From an uncultured Clostridia bacterium (GTDB taxonomy: Bacteria > Bacillota > Clostridia > TANB77 > CAG-508), in contig CAKPQL010000003.1 of NCBI GenBank assembly GCA_934178555.1, forward strand, positions 13,374-77,373: a DNA stretch of 64,000 bases, in the 5' to 3' direction. Below the pieces are notes generated by a model that worked only from the letters and a program-made list of their open reading frames with translations, searched no databases and was not told the DNA's origin. Shown here piece after piece: positions 1 to 9,932 of the stretch. The position numbers and the translations under genes are program-made. Each line of letters opens with the position of its first letter. Position 1 is the first letter of the stretch.

Positions 1-154
1 CCCCACCTAAAAAGCTACTTAATGTTTGTCCTATATTTCCTTGTGCTCCATATATTAATATTGCTGAAATTATACTAGAAATTATAAGAACTATCACTTC
101 TATATCTATACTTGCTACTTTACTCTTTTTCTTGCTTTTTTTCCTTTTAGCCAT
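1..154 (-). CDS. FtsK/SpoIIIE-like DNA translocase, N-terminal fragment (gene continues beyond window start)
   Basis: Not in ORF track because partial. Minus-strand ATG at 152-154 is preceded by an AGGAAGGA RBS. Translation MAKRKKSKKKSKVASIDIEVIVLIISSIISAILIYGAQGNIGQTLSSFLGG is a Lys-rich N-terminus plus a TM helix, as in SpoIIIE/FtsK N-termini. Confidence 0.35.
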   Translation of the reverse strand, partial: MAKRKKSKKKSKVASIDIEVIVLIISSIISAILIYGAQGNIGQTLSSFLGG

Positions 155-378
155 TTTCTAATATCCTTCCTTTCGTTTGAATTTACATTTTTTGTTATTA
201 TTAATAAGGAAAGTGGCTTTGCCACATAGCTCCAACGTTTCACCTTTAGGTAAACTCAAAGAAACTTAACCTATTATATAGGACAAATCTTGTATTTTTC
301 CTATATAATAAAAAAATCAGAAATTTGGAAATCATATTTGATTTTTTGTGACTTCCAAACTTCTGACTTCCGGAAAAG

Positions 379-870
379 TTATTTTAATTCGTTTCTGTCT
401 TTCTTTATCTTCTTTAATGTTTCTTCTAATATTATATTTGTTTCTGACACTGTATTTGACAATGTTGCTCCTATTTCTTTTATTCTTTCTTCAACCGTCT
501 CTAATATGTCATCTGCATAATCTTTGGTTCCTCTATTAATTTCTCTAGCCATTTCATTTGCAGTTTCTATTATTTGAGCTTTTTGTTCATATGCTTTTCT
601 TGTTATTTCATGTTCGTCTATCATTGCTATTATTCTGTTCTCTGCTTCTTTAACAATATCATCCGCTTCTTTTTGTGCTTCATCTAATATTCTTGCTCTT
701 TCTTCTTTTACCCATTTAGCTTGTTTTAACTCGTCTGGAAGTTTTAATCTTATTTCTTTTATTAATTCTAATATTTCCTCTTTGTCCACAATTCCCTTGC
801 TTGAAAATGGCACAGAACGACTTCTTTCTAATATATCCTCTAAAGTTTCTAATAATGTAAATATTTCCAT
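379..870 (-). CDS. coiled-coil protein, ATP-synthase-subunit-b-like conserved hypothetical
   Basis: 163 aa, highly charged E/K-rich coiled-coil. Located immediately downstream of rsmD. No catalytic motif was seen. Confidence 0.45.
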   Translation of the reverse strand: MEIFTLLETLEDILERSRSVPFSSKGIVDKEEILELIKEIRLKLPDELKQAKWVKEERARILDEAQKEADDIVKEAENRIIAMIDEHEITRKAYEQKAQIIETANEMAREINRGTKDYADDILETVEERIKEIGATLSNTVSETNIILEETLKKIKKDRNELK

Positions 871-874
871 TGTT

Positions 875-1435
875 TTACCCCTTTCGACTTAAAAACATAA
901 GCTTTACTCTTCCATATTTTCTTATATCATTTATATTTATATCTATTGGTCTTATTTTTTCTACTTCTTTTTCTTCATCATCAGTTTCTATAATAATAAT
1001 CCCATCTTTTGATATTAAATCTAATGTGAGTATTCTATCTAATGCATCAACCGCAAAGTTTGTTCTGTATGGAGGGTCTAAAAATATTAAATCAAATTTC
1101 ATATTTTTACTTTTTAATATTTCTAAGCATTTTATATAACTCTCTTTAAATACTATTGCCTTTTCTTGCATTTTTGTTTTATCTATATTTTGTCTAATTA
1201 TTTTTATTGCTTCTATATTGTTATCACAAAGTACGGCTGCTTTTGCTCCTCTACTTAATGCCTCTAATCCTAATGCACCACTACCTGAAAACAAATCTAA
1301 AACATTTGCATCTAGTATTTTATTTTGTATAATGCTAAATAATGGTTCTTTAACCCTATCTAATGTTGGTCTTGTGCTTTCTCCTGGTAAAGTTATTAAC
1401 TTTGTCCCCCTAGCACTTCCACTTATAATTCTCAT
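875..1435 (-). CDS. rsmD: 16S rRNA (guanine966-N2)-methyltransferase RsmD
   Basis: 186 aa with a SAM-methyltransferase fold, the DPPY motif, and an N-terminus MRIISGSARG typical of the RsmD family. Confidence 0.85.
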   Translation of the reverse strand: MRIISGSARGTKLITLPGESTRPTLDRVKEPLFSIIQNKILDANVLDLFSGSGALGLEALSRGAKAAVLCDNNIEAIKIIRQNIDKTKMQEKAIVFKESYIKCLEILKSKNMKFDLIFLDPPYRTNFAVDALDRILTLDLISKDGIIIIETDDEEKEVEKIRPIDININDIRKYGRVKLMFLSRKG

Positions 1436-1804
1436 ATATAACCTCTTTGCTATATATATTTTATTCTATTAATTAGATATGTCAATATTGTTAACACAAT
1501 TGTAACAAATATATAATATTGTTGTAACATAAATAATATTAAAATTATATAACATTATCTTCATTTTTTCAATACTTTACACCATTTTTATATCTATTAA
1601 GTAAATGAGGGCACAGTATTATGTGTCCTCTCTTTTCTAATTTATATATTTTTTAATATAATTATAATAAGTTTTTTTCTAAAATCAGCTTAGATATGTG
1701 CTTATTCTATTAATGTATTCTTCATCGATTCTTCACCTGTTAAGCTTATAAATTCACCAGTTGTAGAATTATATTAAATTTTCTTTTCGCTATTTTCGAA
1801 GTCT

Positions 1805-2746
1805 TTATTTTAATTCATATTCTATTAAATCGTAAAAATTATAAAATGTATATCCACTATCTTTAAAATAATCTATTACTTCTTGAAGTGTTTCATAAGT
1901 CAATATTTTGTCTCCAGCATCATGCATTAATACAACAACACTATTCTTGTTAACAGAAGTATCTTTTATATATTGAACTAATTGCTCTTTAGTTCGGTTT
2001 CCAGTTGCATCTTCGTTTAAGCAATTCCAATCCACATAAAAAATTCCTTGTTCTTCTAGCTTTTTCTTATATTGTTTCTTTACAGAATCATATTTTCCTC
2101 CAATAGAACCTCCTGGAAATCTAAATAGGTGTGATGTATATTCTGGAACTTCTATTGCATTTTTTATTGCTTCCTCTGTTTTGTTATATTCGTCTAATAA
2201 ATTATCTTCACTAGCATATATGCTAGAGTACACATGAGAATATCCATGGTTTGCTATATAATGACCTTCATTATAAGCTCGTTTTACAATTTGAGGATTT
2301 TGATTAACTCTACTTCCCAATGTAAAAAATGTTGCTTTAATATTATTTTGTTTCAAAACATCTAATATAAGCGGAGTTACATTACTAGAAGGTCCATCAT
2401 CAAATGTTAAAAATACCCTCTTTGCATCCGAAGTAGAAGAATATACTTTTTTCATATTATTTTTACCAGTTTCTGTAGCAATTGGTATTTTATTTTTGTT
2501 CAATTCTTCCTGTTTTTTTTGCTCTTCTTCACTAATATTAGTTAATATTTCAAAATCCTGATCAGTTTTTTCTTGTACATATTCTTCATATCTTTTTTCG
2601 CCTAATTTTCTACCTAATATAGCACTTAAAATTATTATGGCTATTGCACAAACTAAAAAAATTATATATTTCCATTTATTCTTTCTTTTATGTGTTTCGA
2701 TAAGATAATTCTCCATTTTATTTCCCTCTTCTACAATTATTGACAT
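1805..2746 (-). CDS. polysaccharide deacetylase (NodB homology domain), membrane-anchored
   Basis: N-terminal TM helix, then TFDDGP...HGYSHV NodB motifs. Confidence 0.8.
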   Translation of the reverse strand: MSIIVEEGNKMENYLIETHKRKNKWKYIIFLVCAIAIIILSAILGRKLGEKRYEEYVQEKTDQDFEILTNISEEEQKKQEELNKNKIPIATETGKNNMKKVYSSTSDAKRVFLTFDDGPSSNVTPLILDVLKQNNIKATFFTLGSRVNQNPQIVKRAYNEGHYIANHGYSHVYSSIYASEDNLLDEYNKTEEAIKNAIEVPEYTSHLFRFPGGSIGGKYDSVKKQYKKKLEEQGIFYVDWNCLNEDATGNRTKEQLVQYIKDTSVNKNSVVVLMHDAGDKILTYETLQEVIDYFKDSGYTFYNFYDLIEYELK

Positions 2747-2799
2747 TTATATTATACTACCTTTTTTATTTTTTTAAAACATTATTTTGAATATTTTAA

Positions 2800-2850
2800 C
2801 ACAAAAAAAGAGCCAAAATTGTTAAACTTTTTTGCCTAACAATTTTGGTT
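2800..2850 (-). terminator. rho-independent terminator of ileS
   Basis: 12-bp perfect inverted repeat ccaaaattgtta / taacaattttgg (2813-2848). On the minus strand it is followed by a T-run (plus-strand aaaaaaagag at 2801-2812). Confidence 0.6.
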
Positions 2851-2867
2851 CACTTCAAAAATTTGTC

Positions 2868-5630
2868 TTAAAAACATTGTTTTAAGTTTTCGCTACATCT
2901 ATGACATATTGTTGGATTTTCTTTATCTTCTCCTACTGTTTCAGAATACATCCAGCATCTCTCACATTTTTCTCCTTTTGCAACTTCTACTTTTATTTTT
3001 TCATCCTGATTGTTATTTACAATTTCTAACCCTGATACTATAAATACTGGCATCAATTCTTTTTCAACACTCTTTAAAAATTCATATTCATCCCCAGTAA
3101 CATTTAATATTACCTTTGCATTTAATGAATGACCTATTATTTTTTCTGCTCTCGCTTCCTCTAGTTTTTTTGCTACTTCTTCCTTTAATTCAACAATTTT
3201 ATTCCATTTTTTCTCTAATTCTTTATCTTCATATTTTGGATTTTCTTCAGGCCATTTTGCAAACATAACACTTTCGTAATTTTCACCATCTTTATGTGGC
3301 ATAAAGTTCCATATTTCTTCTGCAGTATAGCATACAAGTGGTGTAAGCATAACAACTAATGCTTGTAAAATTTCATACATAACAGTTTGTGCAGCTCTTC
3401 TTTGTATAGAATTTGGTTTTGAAGTATATAATCTATCTTTTATTATATCTAAATAGAAATTGCTCATATCTACAACGCAAAATTCATTTATATCATGATA
3501 TACCGTATGGAATTCATACTCGTTATATCCTTGTGTTACATTTTTTATTAATTGATTTAATTTTAATAATGCCCATTTATCAATTTCTTCTAGCTCTTCG
3601 TAAGTAACTGGGCTATTTACATCAAAATCATTTATATTTCCTAATATATATCTACATGTATTTCTAATCTTTCTATATACTTCTGTTATTTGTTTTAATA
3701 TATTTTTAGATAAACTTATTTCATTTTTGTAATCTGATGATAAAACCCATAATCTTAATATATCTGCACCATAGTCTTTTATAATGTCTTGTGGACTTAT
3801 AACATTTCCTAAAGACTTAGACATTTTCTTTCCATGTTCATCTATTACAAATCCATGTGTTAACACTTCTTTATATGGAGCAACACCTTTTGTTGCAACA
3901 GAAGTAAGTATTGATGATTGGAACCATCCTCTGTATTGGTCATTTCCCTCTAAATACATATTTGCAGGTGGTAATCCACGTTCTGCTAAAACAGCTTCAT
4001 GTGTAGAACCAGAGTCAAACCATACATCCATTATATCAGTTTCTCTTTTAAAATGTGTATGACCGCATTCGCATTTAGCATTTTCAGGCATTAATTCTTC
4101 TATGCTTAATTCATACCAAGCATTAGAACCTTTTTCTCTAAATATTTTTTGTATTTTTGCAATGCTCTCATCTGTTATATATTCTTTTCCACATTCTTCG
4201 CAATAGAATATTGGTATTGGTAACCCCCAAGTTCTTTGTCTTGATATACACCAATCAGCTCTATCTTTCACCATTGCAGTAATTCTATCTTCACCCCAAG
4301 CTGGTATCCATTTTACTTTTTTTATTTCTTCTAATGTTTTCTCTCTAAATCCTTCAACAGATGCAAACCATTGATCTGTTGCTCTAAATATTATTGGATT
4401 TTTACATCTCCAGCAATGTGGATATGAGTGAGTTATTACTTGTTTGTGTAATAAATAATTATTTTGTTCTAACCATTCTATTATCTTATCATTAGATGCA
4501 TCATATTTTAAACCTGCAAACATTCCTGCACCTTCTGTTTGATATCCTTTTCCATCTACTGTTACTACTATATCTAATCCATTTTTTAATCCGCAAAGGT
4601 AGTCTTCCTTACCATAGCCAGGAGCTGTATGTACTGCACCAGTACCAGTATCTAATTCTACTAATATTGTATCATCACTACCTAAAACAACTCTAGAATC
4701 TCTATCTATAAATGGGTGTTTACATATAATTCCTTCCAATTCACTTCCTTTAAAGCTTTTTGTTTTTGTATAATTTTCTATTCCAGCTTGTTTCATTACG
4801 CTATCTACTAACTCTGTTGCCATTATATAATTTTCTTTTCCTGCATTTACTATACTATATTCATACTCTCCACCTATTGTAATTCCAACATTTCCTGGCA
4901 AAGTCCATGGTGTTGTTGTCCATATTACAAAATATGTATTTTCTGTATTAAATAATCCCTTAGAATCTTTTACAGCAAATTTTACGAATATTGATGTAGT
5001 TTTATGATCAGCGTATTCAATTTCTGCTTCTGCTAGCGCTGTTTCACAATCTGTACACCAATATACTGGTTTCAATCCTTTATATATATATCCTTTTTTA
5101 TACATTTCTCCAAATACACCAATTTGTCTTGCTTCAAATTCTGGTTGCAAAGTAATATATGGGTGTTCCCAATCTCCTAACACCCCTAGTCTTTTAAATC
5201 CTTCTGTTTGTTTTTCAACAAAACCTAAAGCAAAATCACGACAAGTATTTCTAAACTTTGATATTCCTATTTCATCTTTGTTTAATCCTAATGCTTGTAT
5301 AGCTCTTTTTTCCGTAGGTAATCCATGTGTATCAAATCCTGGTATATAAGGTGTATAATATCCTCTTAAATTTTTATATCTTATAATTGTATCTTTTAAT
5401 ATTTTATTTAATGCATGTCCTATATGTATTTCTCCATTTGCATAAGGAGGTCCATCGTGTAATACATAAGGTTCATTTCCTTCATTTTTCTTTAATATTT
5501 TTTCGTACAAACCGTTTTCAAATATTTTTTCCTGAATTTTTGGTTCATTTTCTGGTAGACTTGCTCTCATAGGGAAGTCTGTTTTTGGTAAGTTCAATGT
5601 TTTGCCATAGTCCTTCTTTTCTTCTGACAT
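2868..5630 (-). CDS. ileS: isoleucyl-tRNA synthetase
   Basis: 920 aa. N-terminus TLNLPKTDFPMRASLPENEP, HIGH motif (HIGHALN), KMSKS motif, C-terminal Zn finger CERCW. Confidence 0.95.
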   Translation of the reverse strand: MSEEKKDYGKTLNLPKTDFPMRASLPENEPKIQEKIFENGLYEKILKKNEGNEPYVLHDGPPYANGEIHIGHALNKILKDTIIRYKNLRGYYTPYIPGFDTHGLPTEKRAIQALGLNKDEIGISKFRNTCRDFALGFVEKQTEGFKRLGVLGDWEHPYITLQPEFEARQIGVFGEMYKKGYIYKGLKPVYWCTDCETALAEAEIEYADHKTTSIFVKFAVKDSKGLFNTENTYFVIWTTTPWTLPGNVGITIGGEYEYSIVNAGKENYIMATELVDSVMKQAGIENYTKTKSFKGSELEGIICKHPFIDRDSRVVLGSDDTILVELDTGTGAVHTAPGYGKEDYLCGLKNGLDIVVTVDGKGYQTEGAGMFAGLKYDASNDKIIEWLEQNNYLLHKQVITHSYPHCWRCKNPIIFRATDQWFASVEGFREKTLEEIKKVKWIPAWGEDRITAMVKDRADWCISRQRTWGLPIPIFYCEECGKEYITDESIAKIQKIFREKGSNAWYELSIEELMPENAKCECGHTHFKRETDIMDVWFDSGSTHEAVLAERGLPPANMYLEGNDQYRGWFQSSILTSVATKGVAPYKEVLTHGFVIDEHGKKMSKSLGNVISPQDIIKDYGADILRLWVLSSDYKNEISLSKNILKQITEVYRKIRNTCRYILGNINDFDVNSPVTYEELEEIDKWALLKLNQLIKNVTQGYNEYEFHTVYHDINEFCVVDMSNFYLDIIKDRLYTSKPNSIQRRAAQTVMYEILQALVVMLTPLVCYTAEEIWNFMPHKDGENYESVMFAKWPEENPKYEDKELEKKWNKIVELKEEVAKKLEEARAEKIIGHSLNAKVILNVTGDEYEFLKSVEKELMPVFIVSGLEIVNNNQDEKIKVEVAKGEKCERCWMYSETVGEDKENPTICHRCSENLKQCF

Positions 5631-5935
5631 ATTTATTCCTCCTTATATTTTTGTGGCATACAATAGTTAAGGTTATAAATGCATAAAATCCTCCATCCGT
5701 ATAGGACGAAGGATTAAAAAATCTATTCCGTGGTACCACCTAAATTAACTAATATTAGTTCACTTTATATTCATTTAACGCATAGATTACGGCTTAATTT
5801 ACTTTTTATTTCCACTAAGCAACTAAAAGGTGATAATAAATAAACTATTATTCTACCAAAATTTCAGCATACATTTGGCTCTCTACAGATTTTACTTTAT
5901 TTACCGTGTCCTTTATTATAGTATTTAATTATGCA
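5631..5935 (-). promoter_or_regulatory. T-box riboswitch leader of ileS
   Basis: The minus strand contains AATTTAGGTGGTACCACGG, matching the T-box consensus AAnnAGGGTGGTACCGCGG. It is followed by an 11-bp terminator stem AUCCUUCGUCC...GGAUGGAGGAU plus U-run, just upstream of the ileS start. A TTGTCA-17-TAAAAT promoter sits near 5940-5968. Confidence 0.75.
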
Positions 5936-6003
5936 ATATATTTTAACACTTTTTAATTTACTTGACAAGAGGTTAACTTATAATTTTTATAAACTCTTAT
6001 ACT

Positions 6004-6535
6004 ATTTTATATATTTCTTCTTACTATTTTTGCAGGCACTCCTACTACAGTCACATTATCTTCTACATCTTTTAATACTACAGCACTAGCTCCTATTTTC
6101 ACATTATTTCCTATATTTATTGGGCCTAATACTCTAGCCCCAGAACCTACCATTACATTATTTCCAAGTGTAGGATGCCTTTTAAATCTATCCTTTCCCG
6201 TTCCACCTAATGTAGCTTGATGATATATTGTACAATCGTCACCGTATAACTGCAGTCTCTCCTATAACGATTCCCATTCCATGATCTATAAATAATCTAT
6301 CTCCTATCTGTGCACCTGGATGAATTTCTATTCCAGTAATAAATCGTGAAAATTGCGAAATTAACCTAGCTATAAAAAACAATTTTATCTTATATAAAGC
6401 ATGTGCAATTCTATGAAAAATTAATGCATGAAAACCTGGATATAATAATATTACTTCTATAACATTTTTTACAGCAGGATCCTTTTCTTTCATATTTTTT
6501 GCATCTGCATATAATTTTTTAATTCCAGATATCAT
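6004..6535 (-). pseudogene. cysE: serine O-acetyltransferase CysE, interrupted by +1 frameshift at in-frame CGG (extra C at about 6242-6244); apparent pseudogene or recoded CDS
   Basis: The ORF 6239..6535 ends ...GETAVIR*. The coding strand reads GTT ATA CGG TGA. Removing the C gives GTT ATA GGT GAC GAT TGT, that is ...[36 protein letters not shown]... (hexapeptide-repeat C-terminus) running to a stop at 6004. Confidence 0.8.
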
Positions 6536-6537
6536 GA

Positions 6538-6590
6538 TTTCACCTCTGTATATTATATTCTTAATATATACAGAGGTGATTTTTCTTAAT
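6538..6590 (-). promoter_or_regulatory. perfect 13-16 bp hairpin overlapping the cysE Shine-Dalgarno
   Basis: cacctctgtatat ... atatacagaggtg (6541-6588). On the mRNA strand the 3' arm contains AGAGGUG, 6 nt upstream of the cysE ATG. Confidence 0.35.
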
Positions 6591-6999
6591 ATTTGCTATT
6601 TATTTTTTCTTTTTGTAGTTCTGAAGGAAATCCAATTTTAGTAATTTTTCTTAGACAATGTACAATTTTTTTCCATAATGATATTTTCTCAATAATAGTT
6701 AAATCTGTTATTTGGTCTAGCTCATTTTCAAATTGCTTATTTATTCTATTAGCTTTTACTTTTTCATTATTTATATTGTTTATGGAAAATTTCAAATCAT
6801 TTCCTTTTGTTATATCTAATTCCACTATAAATCCATCTAATGTTTCCATGACTTTAACTTTACTTGTGTTCTTTGTTATTAAAGATGGATTTTCTTTAAA
6901 TATTTTTCCTTTATATTCAATTTGCAACTTGTTATTTTTTTGCGTTGTTTCTATTGAATAGTCTAAATTATCAATATTATTCATCATTTGTTTCTCCAT
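6586..6999 (-). CDS. hypothetical protein
   Basis: 137 aa ORF with AT-rich codon usage like its neighbours. No recognisable motif. Confidence 0.45.
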   Translation of the reverse strand: MEKQMMNNIDNLDYSIETTQKNNKLQIEYKGKIFKENPSLITKNTSKVKVMETLDGFIVELDITKGNDLKFSINNINNEKVKANRINKQFENELDQITDLTIIEKISLWKKIVHCLRKITKIGFPSELQKEKINSKY

Positions 7000-7086
7000 T
7001 TTTATACATATTTATCTATAATATAATACTAAATCCATTTTTTTACAAGTATTTTATTATTTATTGCTAACAATTATATTATGATT

Positions 7087-8286
7087 TTATATTTTTAAAC
7101 TTCTTTTTCCTTCAACTATGTTTTTAGCTTTTTTATCATATACTGTTTTATTTTTATTTAATAGTGCATATATTAGAGATGTTGTTGGTACAGTAAATAC
7201 TACTCCCATGCTTCCTGCTAGTGCAGATACAGCTTCTGTTGCTATTGTTTCCTTATTTATTATGTCACCTATAGACATATTTGATGCCATGAATAGTAAT
7301 ATTAAAGTTAATGCTCCACCTACATACGCAAGTATAAGAGTATTTGTCATTGTTCCTATAACGTCTCCACCTATATTCATACCACTCTTCAATAGTTCTT
7401 TCCATGTTATATCTGGATTTTTTTGCTTTATTTCATCTAGTGCAGATGAAATTGACATTCCTACATCCATACAAGCTCCTAGAGCTGATATTACAATGCC
7501 TGCAAAGAATAATTCTCTAAAATTAAAAACTATATTCTCTGAAGCAATTGCTAAAAATAGAGCTTCTTCTGTTACCCCTGACAATTTTGCAAAATATCCA
7601 AATATTACCGCAACAAGACCTGCTGATATAACTCCGCCAGAAGTTCCTAATGCTGCAGTTATAGATTTTTTATTTATCCCTGCTATTATTATGAATGTTA
7701 AGACTATAATTATTATAGATGTTGCAACTGATAACCATATTGCACTTTGACCATTATATATTCCTTTTATCATAATAAAATATATTGCAAGTATTGTTAC
7801 TATCAATCCCACTATTGCTTTTATACCTTGTTTTTTTCCGATGGCAATTATTATGGCAAAGAATAATAAAATCATGATAATAACATAGTTTTGCCTTACT
7901 ACTTCTTCAATTGTAATTTGTTGTATTTCATCTCCTGATGTTGATAATTGGACTATAACCGTATTTCCTTTGTCCAATTTATATCCTACTATTTTATTAT
8001 CTATATCATAAGTTAATATATATTCAGCATCTAATTTTTGTCCTTTATATTTTCCTTCTTTTATTTCTATTTTTACATTTTGTACTGTTCTTTTTAAATC
8101 TTCTGTTTCTTCCTTTATATATGGCTTTTCTACTTCAATTATCTTAGCTTTTACTTTTACTTTTTCTAATGTTGATACGGGCTGTATTGTTACATTGCTT
8201 TCTGCTTCTGTATCTGTCGCCAATACATTTGTAGAAATTGAAAATAATAATATTAGTAATATCATAATTGTTATTGTTTTTTTCAT
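7087..8286 (-). CDS. YibE/F family membrane protein
   Basis: 399 aa: signal/TM, then an extracellular region, then multiple TM helices rich in G/A/I, as in YibE/F-like proteins. Confidence 0.65.
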   Translation of the reverse strand: MKKTITIMILLILLFSISTNVLATDTEAESNVTIQPVSTLEKVKVKAKIIEVEKPYIKEETEDLKRTVQNVKIEIKEGKYKGQKLDAEYILTYDIDNKIVGYKLDKGNTVIVQLSTSGDEIQQITIEEVVRQNYVIIMILLFFAIIIAIGKKQGIKAIVGLIVTILAIYFIMIKGIYNGQSAIWLSVATSIIIIVLTFIIIAGINKKSITAALGTSGGVISAGLVAVIFGYFAKLSGVTEEALFLAIASENIVFNFRELFFAGIVISALGACMDVGMSISSALDEIKQKNPDITWKELLKSGMNIGGDVIGTMTNTLILAYVGGALTLILLFMASNMSIGDIINKETIATEAVSALAGSMGVVFTVPTTSLIYALLNKNKTVYDKKAKNIVEGKRSLKI

Positions 8287-8371
8287 ATATATTCAATCCT
8301 TTCAAAAATAAATACTTATGAATTATATCATTTTTTTCTACATAAATCAACATTTGATTCAAAAGAATAAA

Positions 8372-8390
8372 GGGCGCAAATTCGCGCCCC
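8372..8390 (-). terminator. rho-independent terminator of pyk
   Basis: GC-rich hairpin gggcgcaaattcgcgccc followed on the minus strand by tttattctttt. Confidence 0.6.
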
Positions 8391-8401
8391 ACATAAATAT
8401 A

Positions 8402-9844
8402 TTATACTCTTATTACTCTTCCTATCATTCTGTTTATTCCTTCGCTTACTTGCTCTATTTCTATGCCAGGTCCACCTGCAAGTATTATTAAATCTCCTTT
8501 TTGTAGTTTACCATCTTTTAACAACTTATTAATTCCTAATTTTAATACTGTTTCTACTTCTTTTTGCTTATCAAATAACATTGGTTCTACTCCCCAAATT
8601 GGAGCTAATTGTCTATATGTTTTTTCATTTTCTGTTACAGCATATACTGGGCAATGAGGCAACAAACTTGATATTATATTTGGTGTATCTCCAGTTTGAG
8701 TATATACAACTATTGCTTTTGCACCCATATTTATTGCAGTATCACATATAGAATAATTCAATTTCCAGTTATCTGTTAATTTTGGCAAATCATATTCTCT
8801 TCTTTTAAATCTTTTACAATATTTTATTGATCCTTCTATTGCTTCAGCTATTTTATTCATTGTTTGTACACATACTACTGGATATTTTCCCATTGCGCTT
8901 TCACCAGATAACATAATTGCACCAGTAGCATCAAATATTGCATTTGCTACGTCACTTACTTCAGCTCTTGTAGGTCTTGGACTATTACTCATTGATTCCA
9001 ACATTTGAGTTGCTGTTATTACTAATTTTCCTGCTCTATTACATTCTTTTATAAAATATTTTTGAACTATAGGAACTTGCTCTAATGGTATTTCTACACC
9101 CATATCGCCACGAGCGACCATAATTCCATCTACTACACTCAATATCTCTTTGAAGTTATCTATTCCTTCTTGATTTTCTATTTTAGCTATTATTTTTATA
9201 TTTTGACCACCATTATCATCTAGGACTTTTCTTACATCTAAAACATCTTGCGCATTTCTTACAAAAGAAGCTGCAACATAATCAAAATCTACTCTTACTC
9301 CATCTTTTAAATCTTGTATATCTTTTGCCGTTAAACTAGGCAACTTAGTAGAACATCCTGGTACATTAATGCTCTTTCTACTTCCTAATTTTCCGCCTTC
9401 TACTACTTTACAATAAATATTTTTATCTTTTATTTCTTCTACAACTATACCTATTAATCCATCATCTATAAGTATTTTTGTACCAACTTTAACATCTTGG
9501 TATAAATTTTTATAACTTACAGATATACCATTTTTGTCTCCTTCTACATCTTCATTGTATAAAACAAATTTATCTCCTTCTGCTAAATATACTGGTGATT
9601 CCTTTAATTTTCCTGTTCTTATTTCTGGTCCTTGCATATCCAATAATAATGCTACAGGCATATCTATTTCTTCTCTTGCTTGTTTTACTGCATTAATAAA
9701 TTTTTCTTGATCTGGGTATGAACCATGAGAAAAGTTTATTCTTGCCATATTCATTCCAGATTTTATCATTGTTTTTAATACTTCTACATCTCCACTTGCA
9801 GGTCCTATTGTACATACTATTTTTGTTTTTCTCATATCTAACAT
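8402..9844 (-). CDS. pyk: pyruvate kinase
   Basis: 480 aa. MRKTKIVCTIGPAS...ARINFSHG typical pyruvate kinase N-terminus, full length. Confidence 0.95.
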   Translation of the reverse strand: MLDMRKTKIVCTIGPASGDVEVLKTMIKSGMNMARINFSHGSYPDQEKFINAVKQAREEIDMPVALLLDMQGPEIRTGKLKESPVYLAEGDKFVLYNEDVEGDKNGISVSYKNLYQDVKVGTKILIDDGLIGIVVEEIKDKNIYCKVVEGGKLGSRKSINVPGCSTKLPSLTAKDIQDLKDGVRVDFDYVAASFVRNAQDVLDVRKVLDDNGGQNIKIIAKIENQEGIDNFKEILSVVDGIMVARGDMGVEIPLEQVPIVQKYFIKECNRAGKLVITATQMLESMSNSPRPTRAEVSDVANAIFDATGAIMLSGESAMGKYPVVCVQTMNKIAEAIEGSIKYCKRFKRREYDLPKLTDNWKLNYSICDTAINMGAKAIVVYTQTGDTPNIISSLLPHCPVYAVTENEKTYRQLAPIWGVEPMLFDKQKEVETVLKLGINKLLKDGKLQKGDLIILAGGPGIEIEQVSEGINRMIGRVIRV

Positions 9845-9932
9845 CCTCTTTTCTTTGTTTTATACATTCATTATGAAAGGCGGAGACATTCCCCCACCTT
9901 TATATAATGTGTTTGTCAAAATTCTACATATT

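Noticed and set aside
369-373. CCGG/CGG just downstream of the 379..870 gene as a seventh shift site
   Set aside because: It lies after the TAA stop of that gene. The +1 continuation is not conserved sequence.
7118-7750. Long plus-strand ORFs antisense to real genes (e.g. 7118..7750, 6593..6961, 3784..4062, 14865..15119, 24112..24573, 26946..27260, 59046..59483)
   Set aside because: They overlap well-supported minus-strand genes, have low-complexity Leu/Phe/Ser-rich translations typical of antisense reading in AT-rich DNA, and lack RBSs.
8144-8392. 82-aa ORF ending in ...GREFAPF overlapping the pyk terminator
   Set aside because: Its N-terminal codons are simply the GC-rich terminator hairpin (gggcgcaaattcgcgccc) read as protein. 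It overlaps the 5' end of the YibE/F gene.
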